A stretch of 61,103 bases of DNA, the filler included, from Gonapodya sp. JEL0774 (taxonomy: Eukaryota), in NCBI GenBank assembly GCA_027604505.1. It is 12 parts of 12 records of this genome, joined end to end, with 100 filler letters (N's around TTAATTAATTAA, not from the genome) between each part and the next. Parts side by side here need not be neighbours in the genome. Positions count along the whole stretch, not along the records: positions 45,986 to 50,960 come from JADIIX010000808.1; positions 51,061 to 56,033 come from JADIIX010000809.1; positions 56,134 to 61,103 come from JADIIX010000810.1; 9 more parts are not named here. One strand, 5' to 3'. Each line of letters opens with the position of its first letter. Position 1 is the first letter of the stretch. A program made the translations under genes and the position numbers. Positions 48,610-61,103 of the stretch are shown in pieces. The notes under the pieces were generated by a model that made no database searches, was not told the DNA's origin, and was given only the letters and a program-made list of their open reading frames with translations.

Positions 48610-49518
48610 TTTTGTGGAAGCGTATGCTAGTTCCGGGGATGTTTGATTGGTTCGATGGACAGGAAGGTAAGGGAGATTCAAACGGAGTGGGCGGATGCGA
48701 GGAAAGATTCTTGAATATGAAGTGCTCAGAGTGTGTCTGATTATATAATTCAGAGAAACGATGTTTGCTCTGCTGGTTGAGAGAGTACCTCATGAACAAG
48801 AACTGTACTCCAACTAGAAACCGTCCAAAATTCGGTCTGTCATCCCATCACTTGCGCATACAGATCAATCAATGCCATTTTCTGTCATGAGTAGCATTGA
48901 CATGATTATTTGATCGGGAGATGTCAGTCGAAAAACTCGGGAGCGCAACAGGGCGTCAGAGCATGTGGATTCTGCCGCGGGACTCGAAAGACTCGAATGC
49001 TATGTATTATGCATATGGCAGGCGGTGATGGGTCTCGCTCAGTTTCGCCAGAGGTGCACGGGCCCAGTTTCTGATCTGGGAACGAAACTCAGCATGCGAA
49101 GTACTGGCCCATCAAAAACAGAACACCGGAGCTAAACAGAAATTCTGAGATCTACGGAATCTGCAACCACACTCCGGGTGGGTGTGTTGGCCCTTTCTGT
49201 GTTTGATAGGCGGAGTCCCGTGGTCGCGAATAAAGTTTCGGATAGCTCCAGATTTTCCCCCTCCCGAGAGCCTCAAATTGATTGGAAATGGCCGAAAGAA
49301 ACAAGCTCAGCTGAAGGAAAATTCTGCGCGGGTCCCCCACAGCACGATAGGCTTCGCGCGACCCGGGAACACAGAAACCGCTGCGGCCCTCCGCCCTCCT
49401 CAATCCAGAGATTTGCGACTGCACCGTTTTGTAAAGTCGGATCGTCGACATCTCAGATAAACGGGGGCTGGGCATCGTGGGCGTTGGATAGACGCTGGGG
49501 ACCCACGTTTAACGGACG

Positions 49519-50960
49519 ATGGAACTGAACAGCGATTACCGATACGAGCTAGTACCTCAGCACATTAGCGAAGCCCAAGACGATCAGACATCTCGTGGGC
49601 AGATGCATCCAGGAGAGAACAACTCCACCGGGGCCCAGGATAATCCTGCAGACTCATTCTCGAGTGCTCCTTCCAAGGACAATTCTGTAAGGGCCTCCAA
49701 ATACCCCGACAGTGACGTCAACCGCAGTGGGAATCGAAGAGCTCGCTCGTACAACGGAAATTCTGAGCATGCAACATTTACCAAAAATGAAGGAAGTGGG
49801 CCGGTGTGCAGGTGAGTTAGAAAGGGCCATGGCACACCACTGTAGCAGCTCCATTCTTGCTGAGTTCGGCGCGGGTGACAACCTCCGGGCAGACAACGAC
49901 TGCTCCATAAGTTGGATGGGCCGGATTCCTCGCCCGAGGACCATGATCGCTGCAAAAAGAGAATTCGTGGACGATTTGATGGTTTCAAAGCCCCTGTTCC
50001 CGGCCTGTATTTCAACGGAACGATGGAGTGATGTCTTGCTGTACGACGTATCATGCTTCTCCTCACACAAGCCGCCAGATCCCAGACAGCACCCCGTCGC
50101 TCCATAAAAACTTCAAAGAATGCCGATGTTTCCACTCGAAGGTCCATTTTCATGCCCGCACACCATCCTATTATCGATGACTTCCCCGAAACTCCGCCTG
50201 AACTCTCGCGACCACCTCCTACGCCCCAGAAATCTCTCGTCCGCCCTGAAAGAAGCCGCAGTACCCGCGATCGCCGGCCACCTGTTCCGGGGGCGCTCCG
50301 CAACAATTATGAAGACTCAGTTCCCGGACCCATCGGCGAAACAAGACGCAGATTTTCATCATTCCGCAACCAAAATCACCTCGCTCCAGCCGCGCACAAA
50401 ACCTTCAGCTCAACAGGAACTCTCCCCAATGGTCCAGCTTCTCCCAACCGACCTGTCCGCTCCCGCTCTTTGCTTCTTGGCACTGCCCGCAATACCCTTC
50501 CCACTCCTACTATAACATACGAAGAGGGACAGTCCACCACTTGGTGGTACTACATGACTATGTGCCTGACTTATTGCTACCCCGTTGCCTGTCTCGTCGC
50601 TATGGGCAAGAAAACTGTCGAGATCCGCCACGCCTGGCGAGAAAAGGTTGCTCTGTGCATCATCATCGTGTGCCTCATGGGGGTCCTCGGATTCTACACG
50701 TTTGCTCTCACTCAAACTATCTGTGGCAAGCCTAGTGCACGTGTTGCGGGATCTGCTCTGGGTGCGGTGGGCAATGTCGCAGTACACGGGATCGCTTACT
50801 CCACCGGCAGCTTCATTCACCCTTCAACAACCATGGGGTCCATTGATCTCTATACGTGGTCTGTGGGGCGAGAAATCGGCTTTCTTTTTCCAATCGACAA
50901 GGCCTCCTCCGCATGTACACCATACGTGCCTTCCAGCTGGACAAGTTGGAACTGCACAGT
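49519..50960 (+). CDS. CHS3: Chitin synthase class IV (CHS3-like), N-terminal part
   Basis: LVRPERSR, W..LTYCYP..L..MGK, AWREKVAL..GFYTF..CG and VHGIAY..FIHP are N-terminal motifs of division-2 class IV chitin synthases. The catalytic domain lies beyond the contig end. Confidence 0.8.
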
Positions 50961-51060
50961 NNNNNNNNNNNNNNNNNNNNNNNNNNNNNNNNNNNNNNNN
51001 NNNNTTAATTAATTAANNNNNNNNNNNNNNNNNNNNNNNNNNNNNNNNNNNNNNNNNNNN

Positions 51061-53361
51061 GGAGAATGGTTGGTATTGCCGCATTCGGGACCCCTCTTGT
51101 ATGGAGCGGGGGTCTGATGTGTCAAAAAGATCGATCTCCAAAACTGCGAGGACAAACAGTGCGCCTGGTGGTGGATCCTGGAACCTATCGCACGTTTTAG
51201 TTCTTGTTATTACGTGAGGCTATGAAATCTCAGAAGCGATACTGGAACAAAACAGAAGGTGACACCCACCATTCTCGCACAGAGGGGCCTTTCGCACCCT
51301 TCAGCCCAGTGACTCTGGCGAATTCCGATGGGGTATTCAATGCTGGCTCCAAAAGACTTAAGGGAACAGCGTGAAGAATTGCACTGTGTCGAGAGGGATT
51401 GGTCCGACTGGGCGGTGGACCCGGACCTAATCCTGCTGATGGTTGCTGGCCGATATTGAAAACCGCTGTTCTAGGGCCCTGGTACGGATGTCGTCACATC
51501 ATACCAGATAAAATCAGTTCAATAGTGCGTTCTCTGATATCTCGGTGTTGTCGGGCGCATTCCTGCCAAGACGCTTTCTCACCTTTTGGCTCGCTGCCAC
51601 TCGTTCCCAGTTCGCCCCAAACTCAGTTCGTTTCTTCGTATCCGGGTCGCAAGAGACCATCAGCAGATTCAAACTTTGAAAGTGACCTGCTTGATTGGGG
51701 ACGGGGTACTGAAAGTGTGGGCGCACATGTGTGTCGAACCTCGCGTATTTTTCGTAGAAGATAGAAGCTGGTCTGAATAATGAATCATTATGATGAGAAG
51801 CAATTCGAGAAAAAGTAGTCAGGCGCGTCGGGCGAATGCGAGTCATTCTACGAGAGAACTTAGAACTCACAGGTCCAAATTTATGTTGTACGCGCTCGCG
51901 GAAGCTGGTCGGTGTAACCGAGCTAGCCCGAGAGAGATTTCCGTTTTCGTCTCCTCGTTCCATCTTTTGACTTCACCTTCCCAAATGCAACGGCCAAAGC
52001 GCACTCTAAGTTCGAACCGTTACAGGAGTCGGGAATTGTGTGAGAGGAATCCCGAGCCCACCAAGATTCGAAAGCGAGCTACGTACTCCGCATCCATTAC
52101 ATGTTCTTCCTGGCCGCGTTTTTTCTGAGAATTCAAAAACTCCTTAGCAACTCGGATGTGGGTCAGTTCTTCAATGCTCCTGAATTCAGCGAGGACCTCT
52201 GACGGCTTTGAGGGTACCCGCCCACAAGGCAATCAGAAGATGACGAATAAAGACACCAGGACGCGACAGAGGGCATACCTTTCTAACACTGCTACCTAGG
52301 TCCTTTTCCCGGAGGCTTCGTGCAATTGCGAACACTCTGTCCACACCCTCTTGCATATCTGGTTCACCCTGCTTGTTCCCAATCTCCATCATCCCACGCG
52401 CGACATCCGCGGCTACATGAACGTCGAATTCTTTCCGCGCGTTGTCGAAAATGCTGTTTCGAAGCCTCTCAGCTACGTTGTTGACTTGAAGTCCCGGTCT
52501 TCGTTTTCGAAGCGCTCGGAGATCCCGGCGGAGCGATGCGCACGCGGTAGGTTCAAAGAAGATCTCGTCCCGATTGAGCATAGTGGTGGTGCATTGTTCA
52601 TCGTCACTTTTTGCAGAGGAAAGAGTCCCTACTGTCATTGCACAGATTCATTGCCATTATCAAGACTTAGGGTGCTGCGCATACCTGCAGAAAATATCCT
52701 CGATGGGATTAACCTCCTCTAACAACCTGATAGGCGGTTGCACGCTCATTTGGAGTTTTCTGATCAGAGTTCTTAGTGTGGCCATTTGGCCGTGCAACCG
52801 AAACTTTGTATGACCGGTGAACTGAGCATCGACCGAATTCCGAGATGTGAACGCTCGTGCTTGTCTAGCAAATTTTCAGCGGACTGTGAGCACTAATAGT
52901 CAAAATCTGCGGCGGACCAGCACGGGGCTGCGAATTGAGTCGCACTGCAATACTCATGTCTCGGACTGCGAAAATCGTAGCAGATACATAATATTAGTTT
53001 AGTGTTTTCCCACAATTTCAAAGATGAATATGTAAATCCGAGGACCAAATCGAATGATATAGCCGATTCGGTTAGTGCAGGGTCCCGTCCGAAGCAGAAA
53101 AAAGGACAGTTTTCCAGAACTCCCCCCTTTTCCTTTTTGCCCAAAAACGGAAAGGCTGAGGTAAAGACTCCTCGCCTTTGATTCTTGTGATTGGAAAGCT
53201 ACTTCTGCCAGGTGAGTGGCTCAACCTAGACAGCTGATCCAGTACTCTTCCAGTATATGAACTGTTTTTGGTGGGGTCGCTGAATGGCGCCACTCGCTGT
53301 TTCTGCTCCGAATCTCCGGGTAGTGGGAGGGAACAACACTAGACAACTTAATCGTGGTCAT
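51061..53361 (-). CDS. Hypothetical multi-exon protein, 3' truncated
   Basis: A series of minus-strand open segments bounded by GT/AG signals (e.g. ~52280-52620, ~51800-52200, ~51560-51775, ~51270-51480, 51061-51185). No family recognised; start uncertain. Confidence 0.45.
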
Positions 53362-53783
53362 GGTGGCGATGGAGCATTCTGCCGAGGGCGAGCTTGTGAC
53401 TGAAGTGGGTCGGAACGGGATCAAATGCTATTAGGAACCGAGGATACTCGATAACATATGCCGCGGACCCAGCAAACCCACGGAGTTGTCAAGAAAAACT
53501 GCACTTGGTGGTGTCTCTATTTGTCGTCGAAGGTATTCTGATTCTGTGGAGTTGTGGAAGTTCGGGGAAACCGAGCTCGTGCTGTTTCGCCGAAAGTGCA
53601 AGACCAAACCGCCTTCCAGAGAATGGATGCTCCTTGATGTGCTCAGTGACCAATCTCACCCACGCTTTTGTACTGCCACCGCATTCGAATCCGTCTATTC
53701 ACCCCTGTCCGCCGTCCTCAAAAACTTTGGCGCCAATTCTTTCTGCGACGCTCTCAACGGGCCTTCCTTCCGAACAGCTCAGA

Positions 53784-55810
53784 ATGACATCCGAAAGTAC
53801 CGAAATTCATGCGAATGCTACAGTCGATCAAACTGCGGCTTTTTACTCCTCTGCTTCGTCACCAATGTACCAATCGACGGTCGGTCCCACTCTCGCCCAG
53901 CAAAACCCAAACCGTTCGTCCAGCCATCAACCCAGCGGCCCAGCTTCAGATGACGATGAGGAAGAAGGCGAAGAGGAGGAACTCGATGGCGAGGACGAAC
54001 CCGGTGACCCGGACGCTGATCTCTCGGATGACGGGGGCTCCGATGCCGACAGCGATTTCGACACTCCGGCCAGAGGAAGAGGACGAGGTGGTACTGCAAA
54101 CAACTCTGCGGATAATAAAGGTGGCAGGGGAGGAAAGAAAATGAACGGAAGACGGAAGATTTCCATCCGCTTCATTGAAGACAGGAACAAACGACACATA
54201 ACCTTCAGCAAAAGGAAAGCCGGGTTGATGAAAAAGGTGAGAGCATCCTTTCGTCACTTGTATAGTTTTCGACGCCGTATAATTGCCGCTTTCCACGTGA
54301 ATCCCTCTCGATCCGCGGGATGTACTGTGTCATCAAGGCGTACGAGCTCTCAACACTAACTGGCACCCAAGTGCTCCTCCTCGTGGCATCCGAAACTGGC
54401 CACGTTTACACGTTTGCCACTCATAAGCTTCAGGCTCTCATCTCGCAAACCGAAGGGAAGAATCTCATTCAAACGTGTCTCAACTCGCCTGATGAGGAAG
54501 GCGACATGCGGCGGGAGGCCGCGGACGCTAATCGCAGGGGAAGAGGACGCGGTAGGCCATCCAAATCAACCGGAGACAGGCGGTCGAATGTTTCGGCGAG
54601 CTCTGGATCTGCTGGTGCATCAAGCATGGCTAAAAGCCGCGTCTCGGGGAACAGTAGCACCACAGGTGCCTCGGTGACGAAGCCTCCCACGCCTGAGGGA
54701 GGCACGCGGCGTTCGGGCCGTAAGCCTGTGCCAGTTGCCGCAGGTCCGATTGTGGATGATGACTCGGATGAGGAGTCTTCGGATCTCGATCCGCGCCAAT
54801 CTGCGGAGGACCGCCCTCCCTCCCGAGCTCTCAAGCGGAAGCTCCCGGACGAGGTAGATTCAGGAGAACCGACGCGATCTGTAAGTCAGCGTACCTCTAC
54901 TCAGCATTCCTCTGCAGGAGCGAGGTCACCGAACGGAGGGGTGCCCCCCGCTCGACCTGGTTCGGGCGGTCAACAACAGCCATCCGTAGACCACACACAG
55001 GCTCAATTGCGACAACAGCAGCAGCAGCAATTACATCATGAAGCTCAACAACAACTTCAGATGCAAGAACAATACCATCAGCTCCAGCAACAGATGGTCG
55101 TTGCTGGATATGTAACTCAGCCCCAGAATCAGCAATCTGGTCTGGTCAACCCCACGCTTGAACAATCCACCATTGGCACAGCAGTCTTGGTCGACGCCCC
55201 TCGCTCTACGTATTTTGATCCGACAGCCCCGAACCAGACGGGGCATCAGTCTACCCCTTCTGGAGGATACTCGTACGTCCCCGCTTCCTCCACTGGTCAA
55301 GCAGGCGGGTACATTTCGTACGCCTACCCGCAAGCCACTATGATGGCGTCGCCCTATTATATGACTGGAAGCAACGGACAAGCCTACGCGTTGTATGCCG
55401 GGGGGGCAGTTCCGATGCCAGGAATGACCCAGATACAAAGTATCGGTGGTGGCCATCCGATGTACGTCCAAATGGCTGAGAATGGCATGTAGTGAGTTTG
55501 TATCTCTGGGTTACATTTTGTTCGCTTTACACACCCTAATTCAAATTGAACTAGCAAACCTCTTTCACCGGCCCTTGCGTCACCCACTCTACCTCACCAT
55601 TCGATGTCAGGTCCACTACAATACAATTACATTGCAGCAGCAGCAAGTCCTGGAATTGTCAGCCAGGAGCTGATTAACCTGCAAAATGCCCAAAATGCGC
55701 AAGGTGTTCAGAAGGATCTCCACCGTGTTCAGGGAGGGATGGTGAGCCCACAGGACCAATCAGGAGGAGGAGGAGCCAAAGCTGAGGCACAGGGGAGCGT
55801 GAGCGCATGA
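53784..55810 (+). CDS. MCM1: SRF/MCM1-type MADS-box transcription factor
   Basis: GRRKISIRFIEDRNKRHITFSKRKAGLMKK|AYELSTLTGTQVLLLVASETGHVYTFAT..GKNLIQTCLN (intron 54237-54337) and a Gln-rich tail. Ends at 55492, or at 55810 if a GC donor is used. Confidence 0.95.
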
Positions 55811-56133
55811 GCCCCGAGAGCATATTTGGGAGCCGGCTGCCGGACTGCCTTGATTCCTCTCCAGTCGCAAAACGTGGGAGCCGTGATGGACCCCGCTTCC
55901 TGCACTATTTAGTACGACCTACGTACAATCTCGTTGGATTAGTTTGTTGCCTCGAATTTTGATCCCTTGTCACACAACTTTCCCCCAATAGTCTACAGTG
56001 CCTGTTCCAAAATTCTCTAGTAGCTTGTTCTAANNNNNNNNNNNNNNNNNNNNNNNNNNNNNNNNNNNNNNNNNNNNTTAATTAATTAANNNNNNNNNNN
56101 NNNNNNNNNNNNNNNNNNNNNNNNNNNNNNNNN

Positions 56134-56958
56134 TATTTTTGACAAAGTAAATGACGAGAGTAGCTATTCGTCAATGAAGCGGTACGGTGAGTATCTCGCT
56201 AGGGGAGACAGAACTCGAGGATCTGAATTGATACGTGAAGCCGTTGTTCGTCTGCTCCAGGTGAAACCAAGCTCGCCAACATTTTAATGGTTAAGGAGCT
56301 ACAAAGGCGACTGGAGGCCAAACACGGGAAAGAATTCCCGGTGTACTGCAAGTGAGTGCTGCCAATCAATAATTTATTTTTGCAATGGCGTGCTGTTGAC
56401 GGTCGGATTTACCATTCAAATTTCATTCAATTTCATTCAGCTCGCTCCATCCCGGAATTGTTGCGACTGAGCTCTCTCGCTATATGGTACCGGATTTTCT
56501 GAAAGGAACGGCGGCTTTCATCAATCGGGTGAGTGCAGCCCAGAATCCCAGAAATTTTTCAAATTTCTGAGATATGCACGCTGGTATCACTACTAACCAC
56601 TAATTTGCAATTTATCAGACGCTTTTCTTGACCCCGGAACAGGGAGCTATCAGCTCCGTTTATCTGGCGACGTCTAGGGATGTCATGGTGCGTCTTAAAT
56701 ACATCAGTGCTAACGTCAATGCCTTGACATGAGAACACTCGTTGACCATTACGCATATTTTCCTTCACTTAATCGATGGATACAAATGACCGCACCGCTC
56801 CTTCTCAGTCCCAGAACATTCGCGCTAAATTCTTCTGGGACCAGGCACGGCTACCGCTACCAAAAGAGATCCATCCCAAAGCAGACGATCTCACACTTCA
56901 AGGGAATCTCTGGACGTGGTCGGAAAAACTTTTGGAAGAGAAGTTGAAGAAACAATGA
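56134..56958 (+). CDS. Short-chain dehydrogenase/reductase (retinol dehydrogenase/WWOX-like), 3' part, spliced
   Basis: Spliced reading RY|GETKLANILMVKELQRRL (YxxxK), N|SLHPGIVATEL, TPEQGAISSVYLATS and LWTWSEKLL. Mostly missed by the ORF track. Confidence 0.88.
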
Positions 56959-57128
56959 AATCTAGAAGAATTCTACATACTTATTAGAGTACCTTGTCTG
57001 TGCAATTTATGAGCTTTTCAATTTCACATTTGATCTCAGACGGGAAGCTTCGAATCAATAGGGTGGGGGGCCATACATCTGGCTGATGAATATTGGGGGG
57101 AGTACAGTACCAGCTGCTTTCTCCAAAG

Positions 57129-60076
57129 ATGATTTCGACACGCCCACCTCCACAGCCTCGTACTTCTCGCATACCAGTTTCACCGTTGCTCACGGCCACG
57201 CGAGTTCCTTCCGTACCGCCCTTCACCTCCCCGTTTGTGGAAGACCCGTTGGAAGAGGAAAAGAGGCTGGCTTGGGACGTGGACCTCGCCGGATTGACGA
57301 CCAAAATTGGCAAGAGACGATCAAGAGGGGACTTGCGTGTATTAGCGGAGGGAGATGACGGGGATTCAGCGAGGAATGGGGAGCAACAGAGACCAGGAAG
57401 TGCCAGCGCGAGCGCCGCCGAAAACGCACAAGACGGTTCCGAAGGAAAACCGTTCACCGCCGTTCAAAAGAAACTATCAGCATCTGCGTCACAGCTCAAG
57501 CGACGAAGCTCAGCTGGAGACTGGGGTCTGGATGCTCCGAAGTCTGCTGGAAGTGTGAGTCTGGAGTTGGTCGGACGCCCTCATTCGGCACTTGCGGCAA
57601 CGGCATCAACACCAACGAGTGAGTCGGTGAGGGACAGCAATATTGTTCCCTCGAGCACGTCGTCGAGTCGACCATCTTTGCACCGAGCGTCGTTCTCATC
57701 ATCTCAGGTGGAGACCCTCTCTCGCTCTGCTTCGGCTGTATCCTCCCGACCCGGCATCCGCCCCAGTTCACTTCCTCCTACTGAATCAAGCTCTTCCACC
57801 CCTCAAGTGACACGTGATATTTCCGAGATCCGTCGGGCCCTGCAGTCACCAAGTGGAATTCGTCGAAATTCTCCCACCTATTCCAGTCTAAGCAAACGAC
57901 CCGTTCTCTCAACAAATCCCAAATCCGAAAGTGATGGCGCAGGCTTACCACCTCCGAAAAGTCCGACTCGAAATGATCCGCCACCCAGGACGACCACCAC
58001 TCTGCGACCATCAAGTCAGCCGCGGGACACCCCACAACAGACTCACTACGCACCTCTCCACCAACGAAACTCTTCCGCCGAATTGCACTCGATGTTTACA
58101 TCAAAGCCGCCTGCGCCCCGCCGTCCCTCGGCTCCCACAGGGGAAAGTTCCTCCCCATCAGTATCATCATGTCCAGTCTCTCCAACGAAGCAAGTCACAC
58201 CGTCTAGCGATGCTTCATCATTTAAACCTTTTAAGAGATGGAGAAGGGACGTAGATGCTCATGCAAGAGTAGATGTTTGGACACCGGACTCCCGTGGATC
58301 TACTCCGCACGGTGGCGGAACGCCTGAGAGACTTACGTCTGAGGACCAGGCGCGGATTGAAAATGAAGTGGCGAAAACGGAAGTCGTGCCATACTATGCG
58401 TCGATTCGGCGTGACAATGAGGGGGACAGAACCTGCGGACTTGCTGTGAACTCCGAAATTGACCACCTCACGTCTACGGCGACGCAAGTCGAGTCTGAAA
58501 CAGAAAGAGACCGAAAGAAAGTTTCTGGAAGTAGCGGGTCCCAGTTGACCCCCTCCACGTCGAACACTGGTCCTCCGAATCTCCGAGCTACACAACCACC
58601 TGTCCCTGGTCGCTCCTTGGACCTCAGCTACGGCAAGCAATCCCACCTCCGATCGAAAATACTATCTCACGAAGTGTCGCTCCTCAATTCAATTTTGTCT
58701 CGGACCTCTTCTGGGACTGCTGTCACACCTCCACTAGAAATGCTTCACTTCTCGAACAATCAGTTACGGGTCTTGCCTGAACGGGAGTTATCCAAGCTAG
58801 CGAGGAATCTGAAGTGCTTAGATCTGAGTTGGAACTTGTTGGAAGAAATTGGGGAAGGACTGTGGTCTTGCTTGGGGAAGTTGGAGGTGTTCGAGTGAGT
58901 TGCCATCCATCCGCTAAATTAATATTTTTGGTGCAGCTCAGATTCTCTGTTGTTGTTGTTTGCACATTACGGTCTCTCAGTCTCCGCTCAAACCGACTCA
59001 CGAATCTCCCAGAGCCTCCACCACCATTCCACTCCACCATCCGTCGTTTTCTCCTGTTCAAGAACAACCTCAGGTCTTTACCAGCTGGACTGCTCACGAA
59101 TCCTTTCCCATGTCTCGTGCGGCTCGACTTGTCGTGTAACGGTTTCACTGCTCTACCTGAGGAAATGAATCACACTACCTTTCCAGCTTTGGAAACGCTG
59201 GACATTTCTTGCAACGCACTCGCCACCTTGCCAGCTTCCCTCGCCCATCTACCCAGCCTCCGTGACTTGCGAGCTCGACGGAACCACTTTACCTCCTTAC
59301 CTTCTTTCCAGTCGTGTCCTTCCCTATGCAGCCTCGATATTTCACAAAACCCTCGTCTTAATTCTATTCCACGACTGCCACCACTCATTGAAATGGTGGA
59401 TTGCTCTGATTGCACCTCCATGACCGGGCCTTTATTGTTCGGAAGACTTGGGGGCCCGAGGCAAACATTGAAAGCGCGGTGGCTGCGCTTTTCCGGCAGT
59501 CAAATTCAAATGAGAGACGCAGTGGAAGCTGGGGTGGATATCGCGACGCTGGAGGTCGCAGAATGGGGTAGCAGTTCTGGAGACATGGACAGGGGAGAGG
59601 GGGAACGAGTGGAGGAGCCATTAGGATGGCACCGCCCTGAGAATAGTCGAGCGTTGTATTGGAGTCGCTTGCCCACTGGAAGCAAGCGACCGCCAATAAA
59701 GAAGGGAGAACCCGCACCACCCGAAACAACTGCAGCCACAGACGATGCACGCGAGGGCCGCACAGACATGGTGCCGGCACAAGAGGACGAAGCGACCGAC
59801 ACGGAGCAGCTGGAAGAAGAGCTTGCGCGAGTGAGGAAGCGGTATCTCGATCTCGTCGCCCGTGTGAAGGAGAGCGATCGCGGGAAGGAGAAGGTTCGCG
59901 GGAGTGGTCACAGTAGCGGCGGTTCCAGTGCACAAAATAACAAGAGTGCAAGTAGCAAGACACCAAGCAGTACTGATGGAGTTCGACGGTTCGCTCCGTG
60001 GTCGGAGGATGATGGTGCAGGTGCAGATATGGATTCACCAGACGGGAGGGTGAACAATTCACGGGTGGAGGATTAA
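57129..60076 (+). CDS. Leucine-rich repeat protein with long disordered Ser/Pro-rich N-terminus (2 exons)
   Basis: LRRs LHFSNNQLRVLP, LDLSWNLLEEI, LDLSCNGFTALP and LDISCNALATLP. An intron (~58895-58980) gives LEVFD|LRSNRLTNLP. Short C-terminal coiled coil. Confidence 0.85.
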
Positions 60077-60221
60077 AGATGTATTGCTAGGTGATGCCAA
60101 AAGAAAGAAAAGATTTCGAGGTGCCGAGGCACGAACCGACTACTCCTACGCCCTTCTCTTTGTCCTCCCCGAGTACATCGCTCGAGAATGGATCCCTCAA
60201 ACTTCCGTACAATATTGCCTC

Positions 60222-61103
60222 CTAGTGACCTGCTACCAACGCTCCCTCTACAATACTCTTCTGCGCGACCATTTCCTCGTCGAATTCCTCCCTGGTAATA
60301 TACGGTGGTTGAAGCAAATTGTAGTCTCCGACTTCAACCCCATTGCCGTCGCAATCAAAGAAGAATACCCTAAGCACGATGGAGTCAGAGGCCGTCGGTG
60401 CAACTCAGTGGCAAGATTGGGGGTCTGAGCTTTCCCTGTTTCACTCACTGCTTAAAAGTTCGCCCAGGCCTCGCTTGCAAATGGGTCTTGATTCCTAGCT
60501 CCTCGAGCCTCTGCTTCGCAGCCAGCACATCTTCGGTTCTCAAAGCCAAATGGTTTGATCTGTTTACGAGGTCCGGGCGGTCCGGGAAGCCGTTGGTGAT
60601 ACCTTCGCGGGGGGTGAAGTTGTGCGGTGATTCGGGGAGAAGATGGGTGGCGGAAGGAAGCTTCTTTAGGATATGTAGGAGAATGGAGCCTGGAGATTCG
60701 TGGTCGTTACAAGAAGGAACGGAGAGTCAGTGGGGTGACATCCAGAATAAGGTACTGATCCACCACTCATGTCAGCGCTGTTCACGGAAAGCACTTCTCC
60801 GATGGATTGCGACACCATATCCTCTAGGCTCGGTGGGCCAGGTGGGAAACAGTAAATTCCGCTCAACAGATTTGTATGGAAAATGACAGACATGCTTGTG
60901 GTTCACTTCGCCGTAAGCGAGAACCCTCGCCCGTTTCTTCGATTTCCCATCACGATTTCTCCTACCCATGTCTTGGTGTAGGGCTCTGACCGAGAGTACA
61001 GAGTCGCATCCATAATGCAGAACAACGCACCCGGAGGAGGAGTCACGATCTCCTCATCGTCCCAATCACCAAAGTAGCCGTAAGGTAAGCACAGCCACGA
61101 TCC
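60222..61103 (-). CDS. Glyoxalase/bleomycin-resistance (VOC) family protein, 3' part, spliced
   Basis: Spliced reading GSWL...|GSILLHI...RSNHLALRTEDVLAAKQRLEELGI...Q|VFFFDCDGNGVEV, stop at 60222-60224. Not shown in the ORF track. Confidence 0.85.

Noticed and set aside
49037..49093. Imperfect inverted repeat between EPT1 and CHS3
   Set aside because: Short and mismatched, with no TSD or second copy in the window; compatible with chance.
51690..51775. FYEKYARFDTHVRPHFQYP as an HMG-box end (mating-type-like gene next to MCM1)
   Set aside because: The upstream HMG motifs (RPxNAF, W) are absent; similarity too weak.
5040..56133. Regularly spaced TTAATTAATTAA repeats in N runs, and ORFs ending in X runs
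   Set aside because: Artificial six-frame-stop linkers between size-sorted contigs; not a repeat array or CRISPR, and cross-contig gene clusters are not real.

Overview
This window is eukaryotic fungal DNA, not one locus. It is 12 separate ~5 kb contigs in decreasing size order (1-5039, 5140-10174, 10275-15306, 15407-20434, 20535-25533, 25634-30623, 30724-35712, 35813-40800, 40901-45885, 45986-50960, 51061-56033, 56134-61103). They are joined by 100-bp artificial spacers (N44-TTAATTAATTAA-N44), so adjacency across spacers has no biological meaning. Intron-rich genes, a class IV chitin synthase, PMA1-type H+-ATPases and many F-box/ankyrin genes point to an early-diverging, chytrid-like fungus; a Gonapodya-like identity is an impression I cannot prove. 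Conserved genes: MRPL51, ALT1, two tandem PMA1 copies, an M1 aminopeptidase, fimbrin, YOP1, RAD54, a P450, EPT1/CPT1, CHS3, MCM1, an SDR and a VOC protein. There is also a decayed Ty3/gypsy element with a Ty1/copia-type 3' LTR inserted in it, and several intact or decaying F-box genes. Most interesting is a tandem array of at least four paralogous secreted Cys/His/Met-rich proteins with a Reeler-like pattern and a conserved (N/D)TFWGFAHW terminal exon. Also notable: a 6-nt microexon in TM4 of the H+-ATPase, a dUTPase-like domain in the gypsy Pol, and frequent AAG (and one GAG) splice acceptors. Exon structures were inferred by eye from splice signals and family motifs; no tRNA, rRNA or CRISPR array was seen.
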